A stretch of DNA of 33,068 nt from Dehalococcoidia bacterium (GCA_009776515.1 WRNP01000005.1:1-33068), one strand, 5' to 3'; shown: positions 19,222 through 28,267, counted from the stretch's first letter. Numbers and translations: made by a program. The notes: a model not told the origin generated them from the letters alone.

Positions 19222-19457
19222 AACAGCATCGCGTGACCACTAGCCAATGGCCGAATGTCAGGGTATCCCCAACGGTATTGAGTTTACACAAAGTATTTGA
19301 CACCATTGCATGGCGTTACGGATATCCCAGCTCCCTTCTTGCTGCGGCAATGTTATTATCATACTTGAGATAAAGCTGCACCGCCCTCGTCCGTTCTTGG
19401 TGGGAATGCATGGACTGCCTCCTGTATATATTCGGTCCAGGATTCCGTCCGCACCCC

Positions 19458-20678
19458 CTATATCATCGCCAGTGGGATGATATAGTTCTTTTCGTTAAGC
19501 TGGAGAACATTGTTGGCCAGGCAAATGATGCCGCCGTCGCCTATATTGACGCCCTTGATGTCGCTAAGCATGCCAAAAGACCTGATATCCCTTTCATCGG
19601 GCTCGGCTTTTATTTTTATCTCCATAGGATAAAGCGTGTTGTTCTCAAAGATCAGCAAATCAATTTCTTTCTTATTGCCATCCCTGAGAAAGTACAGATC
19701 CACTTCTTTCCCGGCATTTGTGTAGCTCTTCAGTATCTCCGAAACAACAAAGCTCTCAAAAAAGCTGCCGTTGTTTGCCCCAATGGACAAATTCTCAGCA
19801 GACATCCAGCGAGTTAGATAAGAGGCTAGACCGATGTCCAGAAAATGCAGTTTCGGTGTTTTGACCACTCTCTTGATTGCGTTATTGCTATAGGGCTTTA
19901 GCAAATATATGATTCCGCTTGTCTTCAAGATGGACAGCCATCTTTTAGCTGTCGGTACGCTTATTCCGATATCGCTTGCCAGCGAAGACAAGTTAAGCAA
20001 TTGTCCTGACATGGCTGCGCAGGCGGTCATGAATGCGTAGAAGCTGACCTCGTCTGCAACTTGTGTGAGCATGCGTACGTCACGTTCTATATAGCTCTTA
20101 ATATAGTCAGCGTAAAAATCTGCCCAATCATAATGCCTGTTCAATACAAGCTCGGGCAAACTGCCCCGATGGATCTTTTCCCAAATCTCAGGTATGCGGA
20201 GAACGGTTTTGTCGGCGTTGCGCGCCTTAAGATACTCAAAGGTCGGCATAAAGGGTTTATTCCAAGCCTCGCCGACCATTTCTCTCATGGATAACCCCAA
20301 TAGCTCCAAAATCCCAGCTCGCCCAGCCAAGCTTTCGGTAACATTTTTCATCAGCTCAAAACTTTGCGAGCCAGTAAGAAAGAATTCCCCCTTATTCCGG
20401 CCGTTGTCTAGATGAATCTTAATATAATGGAATATTTCTGGTGCATATTGCACTTCATCAACGAAAATAGGTGGGGGTGTGATATTGAAAAAAGTTGAAG
20501 GTGAATCAATGGCACGCCTCCTGATTGGCAGGTCATCAAGGGTGATTTTGGGAATATCCGGCTTAAGATTCTCAATCAGTGTGGTCTTCCCCACTTGCCT
20601 TGCCCCCGTGACAACGACCGCGCCTTTCACATCTGCGCGCCTTAATACAGCTTCTTCAATATGCCGCTTAAGATACAT
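19458..20678 (-). CDS. AAA+ ATP-binding protein (COG1373 / AAA_14 plus DUF4143-like C-terminus)
   Basis: Walker A TGARQVGKTT, Walker B FVDEVQ, LTGSQ, ESLAGR, HTH-like LSSLASDIGISVPTAKRWL, KTPKLHFLD, C-terminal EIDLLI..PMEIK resembling a PD-(D/E)xK motif. Confidence 0.9.
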   Translation of the reverse strand: MYLKRHIEEAVLRRADVKGAVVVTGARQVGKTTLIENLKPDIPKITLDDLPIRRRAIDSPSTFFNITPPPIFVDEVQYAPEIFHYIKIHLDNGRNKGEFFLTGSQSFELMKNVTESLAGRAGILELLGLSMREMVGEAWNKPFMPTFEYLKARNADKTVLRIPEIWEKIHRGSLPELVLNRHYDWADFYADYIKSYIERDVRMLTQVADEVSFYAFMTACAAMSGQLLNLSSLASDIGISVPTAKRWLSILKTSGIIYLLKPYSNNAIKRVVKTPKLHFLDIGLASYLTRWMSAENLSIGANNGSFFESFVVSEILKSYTNAGKEVDLYFLRDGNKKEIDLLIFENNTLYPMEIKIKAEPDERDIRSFGMLSDIKGVNIGDGGIICLANNVLQLNEKNYIIPLAMI

Positions 20679-20718
20679 GGCCTGCCCTAATGATTACGTT
20701 AATGTTATAACCGATGTT

Positions 20719-20747
20719 AAAATAACATAAGGAAACGGCAGAGTCAA
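20719..20747 (-). promoter_or_regulatory. Promoter of the AAA ATPase gene overlapped by an inverted repeat
   Basis: Minus strand TTGACT, 17-nt spacer, TATTTT with TG extension; ATGTTA-AAA-TAACAT (20714-20728) spans the -10. Confidence 0.55.
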
Positions 20748-21017
20748 GCGTAAATCAATTTGTGGGTGCTGGTCTGAATTGATCGGTGGACATCCTCTGA
20801 TTTTAAATAAGAATTGGCCTTCAATAAGTCCCCATTTGCAATAAACCTGGCATCAATGCGGTTCACCTTGGGCTTGAGCGTCATGAATGCAAAACCAGCA
20901 GGTCTGCCCAGAAGACACAGCTCGCCTGCTATGCCAAAGAAAGCTTGCTGCGATTGTTAAAGAGTTCAGGGCACTCTACATCCATTTACCGATGCATTAT
21001 AGGCTGGAACCCAAGTG

Positions 21018-21046
21018 TTGACAATTGCGGACACTGGGTGCATAGT
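21018..21046 (+). promoter_or_regulatory. Promoter of the EEP nuclease gene
   Basis: TTGACA, 17-nt spacer, CATAGT; GGAGG SD before ATG 21100. Confidence 0.55.
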
Positions 21047-21099
21047 TTGTGTGGCGTTGGTAACCATTTCTGGCAATCTGTAAATGGAGGGAAGCGAAA

Positions 21100-22131
21100 A
21101 TGCCTGCATATACCTCAATAAAGAAAATCACAGATGGGTCTGAAAGAACCCGCATTGTAGAAAAACTTCTGGCGCTTCGCACTCAACTTGACCAGCAGAT
21201 TCCGGCTAAAACTGCTACCGATACACTTTTGCTTGCCACATGGAATATCCGCGAATTCGGTGATAATCGGCGCACGGAAAGTCTTCACTACTTGGCGGAA
21301 ATCGTTAGCCGGTTCGATTTGATTGCCGTGCAAGAAGTCGCATCCAATTTGGGTGGAATACAAAAGCTTGTTTCTCTGCTAGGCCACAATTGGGATTACA
21401 TTGTAACGGATAGCACGGAAGGTACGGCGGGTGGTGGTGAGCGCATGGCGTTCATCTACGACAGGTGTAAAGTTTTTTTCCGCAAAATGGCTGGGGAGTT
21501 TGTCTTGCCGAAAACAAAGCTTCTTGGAGAAGGGAAGCTTCAATTTGCGCGCACGCCATTCACCGTTGCTTTCCAAGCCGGTTGGTTTCGGTTTGTCTTG
21601 GTTACGGTTCATATACTATATGGCACGAGTAAAAAAGAAGACCCGCAACGTGTTGAAGAAATTTCTGCTGTTGCTAAATTCATTAAGGATCGCGCCAAGA
21701 AGGAAGATGAAAATTATATCCTGCTCGGTGATTTTAATATCTTCAACACCGGCGATGCTACTATGAAGGCGCTCGAAAAGCAAGGGTTTTATATTCCGGA
21801 TGCCATTCGCGAGCATCCATCAGATTTGGGCCAGACAATGCATTATGATCAGATAGCGTTTAAGCTGAAGATTGAGAATAATATGACTGTCTTCGCCGAG
21901 GGAAAGCAGCGGGCTGGGGCCTTTGATTTCACGGAGACGATTTATCCCCTGCGGGACCTAGATGTGTATCGTGGATATTTTGAGGAGAAAGTACTGGCCG
22001 GAAAAACAGAGAAACAGATCGAAAAATACTACCTGTCCACCTGGCGCACCTTTGAAATGTCTGACCACCTGCCGCTTTGGATTGAACTTAAAGTAGATTT
22101 TAGCAATCAGTATCTCGCAAAGATAAAATAA
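21100..22131 (+). CDS. Endonuclease/exonuclease/phosphatase (DNase I-like) family protein
   Basis: ATWNIREF, FDLIAVQEV, ERMAFIYD, FARTPF, LLGDFNI, YDQI, SDHLPLW; no signal peptide. Confidence 0.92.
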   Translation: MPAYTSIKKITDGSERTRIVEKLLALRTQLDQQIPAKTATDTLLLATWNIREFGDNRRTESLHYLAEIVSRFDLIAVQEVASNLGGIQKLVSLLGHNWDYIVTDSTEGTAGGGERMAFIYDRCKVFFRKMAGEFVLPKTKLLGEGKLQFARTPFTVAFQAGWFRFVLVTVHILYGTSKKEDPQRVEEISAVAKFIKDRAKKEDENYILLGDFNIFNTGDATMKALEKQGFYIPDAIREHPSDLGQTMHYDQIAFKLKIENNMTVFAEGKQRAGAFDFTETIYPLRDLDVYRGYFEEKVLAGKTEKQIEKYYLSTWRTFEMSDHLPLWIELKVDFSNQYLAKIK

Positions 22132-22318
22132 CATGAATAACTAGGATCAATGTTGGGCTCGGATGGCGAAGGCGGGATGCAGAGAATCGCAAAATAGATA
22201 CTTTAGTCATCCGTATCGCCTTTATCGGCTCAAATCTCCGCTCCCATTGCTCCCAAATATCAAGGGGGTAGTAACGAATATTACAATATAACCCCTTTTG
22301 TGTGAGGAGACTGAGCAA

Positions 22319-25300
22319 ATGGGCATCATAAAAAATAAACCCAACCTAAAACAGCTCTTGTTGGTACTGCTGATCGCCATATTGGTCGTAGCAATAGTGC
22401 TGGCTGGCACACCGCTACTCACCCAACCTAAAGTAAGCGCTGCCCCGGGTGATACCTATGCGGTACCTATGGTCTCAGCCGGAGGCAGTCATACGGTTGC
22501 CCTGCATAATGACGGCACCGTCTGGGCTTGGGGTTCTAACGAATACGGACAGTTGGGTAACAACTCCACCGCAGGCAGCCTGACCCCCGCACGGGTAGTT
22601 GGCCCGGGAGGGGTTGGTTTTCTCGCCGATATTATTGCCGTCTCAGCTGGAGATGCTCACACTGTGGCTCTCAAAGATGATGGCACCGTCTGGGCCTGGG
22701 GGGCTAATAATCACGGCCAATTGGGTAATAACTCCACCGCCGACAGTCTGACACCAGTGCAGGTAGTAGACCCCGACGACATCACCGGTTTTCTTGCCGA
22801 CATTGCTGCCATATCTGCCGGAGGCCTGTACACCGTAGCCCTTAAAGCTGATGGTACGGTATGGACCTGGGGAGCTAACAGCGATGGCCAATTGGGTAAC
22901 GACTCCTCTGCGGATAGCTGGATACCTGATCAGGTACGAGAGCCATGGGGAGGCGTCAATTACCTTACCGAAATCATCGCCATCTCGGCCGGATACGCTC
23001 ACACAATAGTCCTCAAAGAAGACGGTACTGTATGGGCCTGGGGACAGAATTATTATGGTCAGTTGGGTGATGGAACTACTACCAGCAGCAGTACTCCGGT
23101 ACAGGTAATCAACCCCATGGATGTCACCGGTTTCCTCACCGACATCGTTGCCGTATCGGCTGGATATTATCACACGGTAGCCCTAAAAGCTGACGGCACC
23201 GTATGGGCTTGGGGATATAATTTCTACGGTCAACTGGGCGATAGTACTGATGCTCATCGCTATTCACCAATACAGGTACCCGGTCTGCTCGAAGTGGCGG
23301 CCATCTCGGCCGGATATGCTCACACCGTAGCCCTTAAAGCTGATGGTACGGTATGGGCCTGGGGATTGAATAGCGCTGGCCAACTGGGTAACGATTCCTC
23401 TACTGATAGTTGGATACCTGATCAGGTACGAGAGCCTTGGGGAGGCGTCAATTACCTTACCGATATTATCGCCATCTCGGCCGGAGGTTATCATGCAATT
23501 GCCTTGAAGAGTGATGGTGCCGGCGAAGGCACCCTTTGGTCATGGGGAGATAATGATTTTGGTCAGCTTGGCGACGGTACTGCCGTAAACCGCCTTGCAC
23601 CTGTACAGGTTGTTTATTATAACTTTATCGCTGTCTCCGCCGGATATTCTCATACAATGGCCCTGAAATATGATGGCACGGTATGGGCTTGGGGATGGAA
23701 CAATTTAGGACAATTGGGCAATGGTTCTACTGCAAACAGTTTCAAGCCTGTACAGGTGCGCGGTCTGGGAGGCGCTGGTTTTCTGACTGATATAGTCACT
23801 GTCGCGGCTGGAAACTATTACACGGTGGCTCTGAAAGAAGACGGCACGGTATGGGCCTGGGGATATAACAGCCAAGGCCAACTGGGCGACGGCACTAATG
23901 GCGCAGGCGCAAACCGTAGCGTGCCAGTACGGGTTATCGACCCAACCGATGACACCGGTTTTTTGACCGGTATCATGGCTGTTGCGGCTGGTGTTAATAA
24001 CACAGTAGCCCTAAAGGAAGCTGGCACGGTATGGACATGGGGAGGAGGCCTGTTGGGAAATGGCACCACTGCGAGCAGTAGCGTGCCAGTACGGGTTATC
24101 GACCCAACCGATGACACCGGTTTTCTGACCGGTATCACTGCTGTTGCGACTGGGCAGGATCACACAGTAGCCCTAAAAGAAGATGGCACGGTATGGACAT
24201 GGGGATACAACTTCTATGGGCAGATTGGCGATGGCACTAATGGTGTAGGCACAAACCGCAACGTGCCCGTACAGGTTATCGACCCAACCGATGGCACCGG
24301 TTTTCTGACTGATATAGTCGCCGTCGCGGCTGGAAGCTATTACACGGTGGCTCTAAAAGAAGATGGCACGGTGTGTGCTTGGGGTTATAACAACTACGAC
24401 CAGTTGGGCGATGGTAACGGCGGCCTTGGCGTATATAGTAGCGTGCCAGTACAAGTTATCGATCCAACCGATGTCACCGGTTTTCTGAGCGGCATCATTG
24501 CTGTTGCGGCTGGACAGGATCACACAGTAGCCCTAAAAGAAGATGGCACAGTATGGGCTTGGGGACTGAACATTAACGGCCAACTGGGTGATGACACTGA
24601 GACAAATCGACTTGCGCCAGTTCAGGTACGCGGACCGGGCGGCGGTGGCTTTTTGACTGACATAGTGGCTATTGCGGCTGGAGTTAATCACACAATGGCC
24701 CTGAAGATTGATGGCACGGTATGGGGTTGGGGGCATAACCAATTTGGGCAGGCGACGGGTGATACAGGATATACCCACGTCCTTACGCCCACGCGGGTTT
24801 TCTCCCCTGCTCCCTTCACAGTATTGTTGGACATCACTCCTCCCATCGGTATCATCAGCTTCGTACTTAACGATTATGGCTCTTTCATCACCGCAAACAC
24901 TTTTGGGGTATTTCGCAAGAACACCACTTTTATCACCATAACAGCCCAAGACGATCTCTCTGGTATCAAATCCATTGCCTATCTTCTATCCGATAATGTC
25001 TACCTAGATGCAGCGGCTATGAGTAGCGTCATCTGGACATCTTATCCCAAAGACGGGTTCAGCATATCGGCCAACTACAGGGGTTTCGCCTATGCCCGCA
25101 TTGCCGACAAGGCAGATAACATAACCATTATCCGCTCTGATGGTTTGGTGGTATACACAGATAGCACTCCTGCTATCACATCGCTCAGTTATGTCTATGC
25201 TTCTGCTTCTGATCAAGATCTCGCGGTGACAATGAGCGGCAATACTATAGACAAAATCATGAACGGCGCCGTCACCCTCGTATTTGGCGTCGACTACACG

Positions 25301-26368
25301 GTAATGGGCGATGTCATTACCTTCAAAGCCGCTTATCTTGACAGTTTAAGCATTGACGATTACACCATTACCGTCTATTACAACCCCATGGGTGTAACTT
25401 ATGTAGATGCCCCAGGCAACGAAGCTCCCGATACCACCACCGTTAACCTGATGATATACCAGCCGTACGATGTTATCTATACCTATAGCGGCACTATTCC
25501 CCTGGGTGCCCCGGCTGTGCCGTCGCTAGAGAGCTTTGCTCCCAACACAATGGTTAGCGTAGCACCACCACCGACCCTATCTGGTTATACTTTCAGCGGG
25601 TGGAGTACTGCCTCAGCGGGGGTCAGTATCAGTGGTGGTAGTTTCTCCATGCCAACAAGTGATGTGGTTTTCACTGGCACGTGGATGCCAAACACTCCAA
25701 TCACCACGGCCACATCGACGACATCGACGCCCATCACTCCTCCCAATACCGTCATTCCCACCACTCCCGTTTCTTCTATTCCCACCACGGTGATCGTGAG
25801 TCCCACCCCTTCCGGTACTACTACCACACCGACTCCGTCAACCACGCCTACCACTGCCCCAACGAGTTCAACCACCTCGGCTATCTCAGCCACCCCACTG
25901 ATACAAGATCCCACTGAGACCGGCACTCTCCCAACAACGACCGCTATGGGTGGTAGCACCTCACCCACCACCACGACCGTAGCTCCCTCTACCACCCCGA
26001 ATACGAAGACCGGTGATGGCAACGATTACTGGGCCCTCCTTAACCTTATCCTGGCCATCTTGGGGGCTCTCCTGGCCGTAGGGGCTATTATCCGAGCTTT
26101 CTTCTGGCACGGTAAAAACGAAGACCGCTACGGTATAGAAGAAAAGAAGACCCGACTCATCTGGATCGCCATATCTGTCGTCCTGGCCATAATAGGTTTT
26201 GTGGTCTTCTTCTTAACCGAAGATATGAGTCTCCCAATGCGCTTCGTGGACATCTGGACCATCGTCAATGCCGTCATCCTCATAATCGGTATCATCAGTG
26301 TGATGCTGGTCTTCAAGCATGAGGAAAATGACGCAATGAAACCAGCCACTAACGGAAGAGGGGAATAA
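22319..26368 (+). CDS. Large surface protein: signal peptide, 14 RCC1/BLIP-II blades, Ig/X2-like and InlB B-repeat-like stalk, Thr/Pro linker, 3-TM C-terminal module
   Basis: GAGGAG SD 9 nt before ATG 22319; hydrophobic leader ending ...VSA-A; repeats AGxxHTVALKxDGTVWAWGxNxxGQLG; GVDYTV..DVITFKAAYLDSL (X2-like); PTLSGYTFSGWST..FSMPTSDVVFTGTW (B-repeat-like). Confidence 0.92.
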   Translation: MGIIKNKPNLKQLLLVLLIAILVVAIVLAGTPLLTQPKVSAAPGDTYAVPMVSAGGSHTVALHNDGTVWAWGSNEYGQLGNNSTAGSLTPARVVGPGGVGFLADIIAVSAGDAHTVALKDDGTVWAWGANNHGQLGNNSTADSLTPVQVVDPDDITGFLADIAAISAGGLYTVALKADGTVWTWGANSDGQLGNDSSADSWIPDQVREPWGGVNYLTEIIAISAGYAHTIVLKEDGTVWAWGQNYYGQLGDGTTTSSSTPVQVINPMDVTGFLTDIVAVSAGYYHTVALKADGTVWAWGYNFYGQLGDSTDAHRYSPIQVPGLLEVAAISAGYAHTVALKADGTVWAWGLNSAGQLGNDSSTDSWIPDQVREPWGGVNYLTDIIAISAGGYHAIALKSDGAGEGTLWSWGDNDFGQLGDGTAVNRLAPVQVVYYNFIAVSAGYSHTMALKYDGTVWAWGWNNLGQLGNGSTANSFKPVQVRGLGGAGFLTDIVTVAAGNYYTVALKEDGTVWAWGYNSQGQLGDGTNGAGANRSVPVRVIDPTDDTGFLTGIMAVAAGVNNTVALKEAGTVWTWGGGLLGNGTTASSSVPVRVIDPTDDTGFLTGITAVATGQDHTVALKEDGTVWTWGYNFYGQIGDGTNGVGTNRNVPVQVIDPTDGTGFLTDIVAVAAGSYYTVALKEDGTVCAWGYNNYDQLGDGNGGLGVYSSVPVQVIDPTDVTGFLSGIIAVAAGQDHTVALKEDGTVWAWGLNINGQLGDDTETNRLAPVQVRGPGGGGFLTDIVAIAAGVNHTMALKIDGTVWGWGHNQFGQATGDTGYTHVLTPTRVFSPAPFTVLLDITPPIGIISFVLNDYGSFITANTFGVFRKNTTFITITAQDDLSGIKSIAYLLSDNVYLDAAAMSSVIWTSYPKDGFSISANYRGFAYARIADKADNITIIRSDGLVVYTDSTPAITSLSYVYASASDQDLAVTMSGNTIDKIMNGAVTLVFGVDYTVMGDVITFKAAYLDSLSIDDYTITVYYNPMGVTYVDAPGNEAPDTTTVNLMIYQPYDVIYTYSGTIPLGAPAVPSLESFAPNTMVSVAPPPTLSGYTFSGWSTASAGVSISGGSFSMPTSDVVFTGTWMPNTPITTATSTTSTPITPPNTVIPTTPVSSIPTTVIVSPTPSGTTTTPTPSTTPTTAPTSSTTSAISATPLIQDPTETGTLPTTTAMGGSTSPTTTTVAPSTTPNTKTGDGNDYWALLNLILAILGALLAVGAIIRAFFWHGKNEDRYGIEEKKTRLIWIAISVVLAIIGFVVFFLTEDMSLPMRFVDIWTIVNAVILIIGIISVMLVFKHEENDAMKPATNGRGE
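22478..24800 (+). repeat. 14 tandem RCC1-like repeats (two 7-bladed propellers)
   Basis: Counted 14 units of about 50-60 aa. Near-identical DNA at 22831-22993 vs 23323-23485, and a 59/60-nt match between 23916-23975 and 24078-24137. Confidence 0.9.
26030..26332 (+). repeat. Copy 2 of duplicated C-terminal membrane module (copy 1 at 157-459)
   Basis: WALLNLILAILGALLAVGAIIRAFFWHG...TEDMSLPMRFVDIWT...FKHEEND; 83/101 aa identical to copy 1. Confidence 0.95.
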
Positions 26369-26550
26369 GAGTCATGTATGTCGGTTCCCCTATTCCCAGG
26401 GCAGGGCCAAACAATTCTTTCTCCACTGACAGTTCCCTACATATTTCAGCATACTGTTTTTGGCTTCCCATACAAAACAGCGGAGAGCACTATAAGATTT
26501 CCATGTCATAATATAGCCCTCGACGGCATAACGGCGAGGAAAGGGCAGCA

Positions 26551-27141
26551 ATGTTGAAGAGCGTGTTGTCACTTCTCTTGGCGCAGATATTGCTCATTGC
26601 GCCCTTCGGGTGCTCCATGAGCGTCACGCCTAGCGCCACAATTGAGGTCAAAGATTTCTATATTATTTATGAAAGAGATCCATCTGACAGTATCGCGTTC
26701 ATTGAATGGGACCAGTTTGGCAATGCCATCTCTATAACTAGTAAACCCGAGAATCAATTCAAGGTTTTGCTGGATACAAAGAATAATATTCTAGGTAGAG
26801 TATTTGATTTGCAAGGTCAACAATACGCCTACATCAGTATCCATATGCCCCCTGAAGATTTGCAGGCTATCTACGACGCTGTTATCAAGTATGATATCAA
26901 ATCACTCAGTAGCCCCGATGTGCTGAGCCCCGATGAGTGGGTATTATATGGGAATGGGTATTATCGAATCACGTTTTTCCTTGAGGGCGAGGTATATTCA
27001 GTTACTTATCGTGAGCGCGTAATTTACTCAATGCAGCCAGCATATCAGAATTTGCGTTCATTCCATACTGTGTTGAATTATTACTACAAAAATACTGATG
27101 AATATAAGAGTTTTCCGCCGGTGATGACCACGGCAGCGTAA
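26551..27141 (+). CDS. Putative lipoprotein of unknown function
   Basis: MLKSVLSLLLAQILLIAPFG-C signal with lipobox-like Cys; GAGGA upstream; AT-rich, Tyr-rich. Confidence 0.75.
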   Translation: MLKSVLSLLLAQILLIAPFGCSMSVTPSATIEVKDFYIIYERDPSDSIAFIEWDQFGNAISITSKPENQFKVLLDTKNNILGRVFDLQGQQYAYISIHMPPEDLQAIYDAVIKYDIKSLSSPDVLSPDEWVLYGNGYYRITFFLEGEVYSVTYRERVIYSMQPAYQNLRSFHTVLNYYYKNTDEYKSFPPVMTTAA

Positions 27142-27436
27142 CCCGACGGCGCCATGTGGTTTGAATGGGGTATGTGTGCTTTCGTTTTCATCCGGCTCAG
27201 CCCACACAGGCTATACCAGGCAAGCAAAATAGTTGTGTTTGGTATCAGTGGTGATGCGCTCGCATCACATCAATGCTGACTACGGACAAATATTTATCGC
27301 CGGAATTCGGCCTTGCTCTGGTATGCCCGCAGCATCTGCTTTGCACTGGCGGCAGTGGGGAAATTGCCGGGTATATTGCCCATGATTTTGTTCGCACCTC
27401 TTGGGTCAAACAGTAGCGACGCGTGGCTTGATGAGG

Positions 27437-28267
27437 TCAGCTCGCCAAGGTGACTTGGAGTACGCGGGTGATGCCGGCTAGGTCGCTGAAAACTTGTGTT
27501 GAGGACCCCGGTAGGGCCAGGCGGAGTAGGTGGCAGACAGCTCGCTCTTGCCCCCAGCCTATTTCTAGCAATACCATTGCCTTTGAGTTAAGCTTGCTCG
27601 GAGCTTTCCGTATTAGACGGGAGATGACACCCAAACCGTCGCTGCCACCGTCCAAAGCCAGGCGCGGCTCACCGGTGTCGGGCAGCTCGTTTGATCTTAC
27701 GTAAGGCAGGTTGGCAACCATGATATCGACGGCTTGTGGCAGAGGTGTCACGAGGTCGCCTGCAAAAAAAGTGATCTTATCCGCAACGTCTAGGAGTTCT
27801 GCGTTGTGACGAGCTGTTTTGAGGGCTGCGCCGGAAATGTCGATGGCATACAGTTTGGCCTTGGGCAGATGTTTGGCGAGGGAGATGGCCACCGCTCCGC
27901 TACCGGTGCCGATATCCGCTACTATTGGTTCCGCATAGCCCTCTGCGGCCGCGAGGGCCTTCGCGACCAGAAGCTCCGTTTCCGGGCGGGGAATCAGCAC
28001 CGATGAATTTACATAAAACATAAGACCGTAAAATTCGCGCTGGCTTGTGAGATAAGCAGTGGGTTCACCCGCTAGGCGGCGTCCGAGCAGGGCGAAGAAA
28101 GCATTCTCATGCTCTGGAGAGAGCTCTGTTTTGTGGCGCGTATAGAGTTCGGCGGCATTTGCGGCCAGGATATGGCGGAGGATGAGTTCGCTTTCCAGGG
28201 AGGCCTCGGCAATGCCGGATCGGTACAGCCGAGTTTGTCCCTCTTTTAAGGCTTCGAGCACTGTCAC
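27437..28267 (-). CDS. prmC: Release factor glutamine methyltransferase PrmC (HemK)
   Basis: RRLAGEPTAYL, VLIPRPETELLV, DIGTGSGAVA, NLPY variant of NPPY, EPRLALDGG.DGL; GTGA overlap with the prfA stop. Confidence 0.96.
   Translation of the reverse strand: MTVLEALKEGQTRLYRSGIAEASLESELILRHILAANAAELYTRHKTELSPEHENAFFALLGRRLAGEPTAYLTSQREFYGLMFYVNSSVLIPRPETELLVAKALAAAEGYAEPIVADIGTGSGAVAISLAKHLPKAKLYAIDISGAALKTARHNAELLDVADKITFFAGDLVTPLPQAVDIMVANLPYVRSNELPDTGEPRLALDGGSDGLGVISRLIRKAPSKLNSKAMVLLEIGWGQERAVCHLLRLALPGSSTQVFSDLAGITRVLQVTLAS

Larger units (their letters stand above)
13119..27432. mobile_element. Putative inserted accessory region (genomic island) flanked by the 9-bp direct repeat TGGCTTGAT
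   Basis: TGGCTTGAT at 13119-13127 (3 nt after the fusA stop) and 27424-27432 (4 nt from the prmC stop); accessory, more AT-rich cargo. No integrase, transposase or terminal inverted repeats seen. Confidence 0.55.

Noticed and set aside
19222-19457. trpB pseudogene remnant after trpF
   Set aside because: No TrpB-like peptide recognised, and the short ORFs there look like noise.
22150-22300. Possible riboswitch (c-di-GMP-like) upstream of the adhesin
   Set aside because: Only imperfect stems; the GNRA/receptor and conserved GEMM core could not be placed.
22478-24800. RCC1 repeats as a diversity-generating retroelement target or a CRISPR array
   Set aside because: No reverse transcriptase or non-coding template repeat in the window, differences are not adenine-specific, and the repeats are in-frame coding units without spacers.
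25996-26020. PNTKTGD before the membrane module as a sortase motif
   Set aside because: Not LPXTG-spaced, absent from the other copy (PPSTAGGD), and followed by three helices rather than one.
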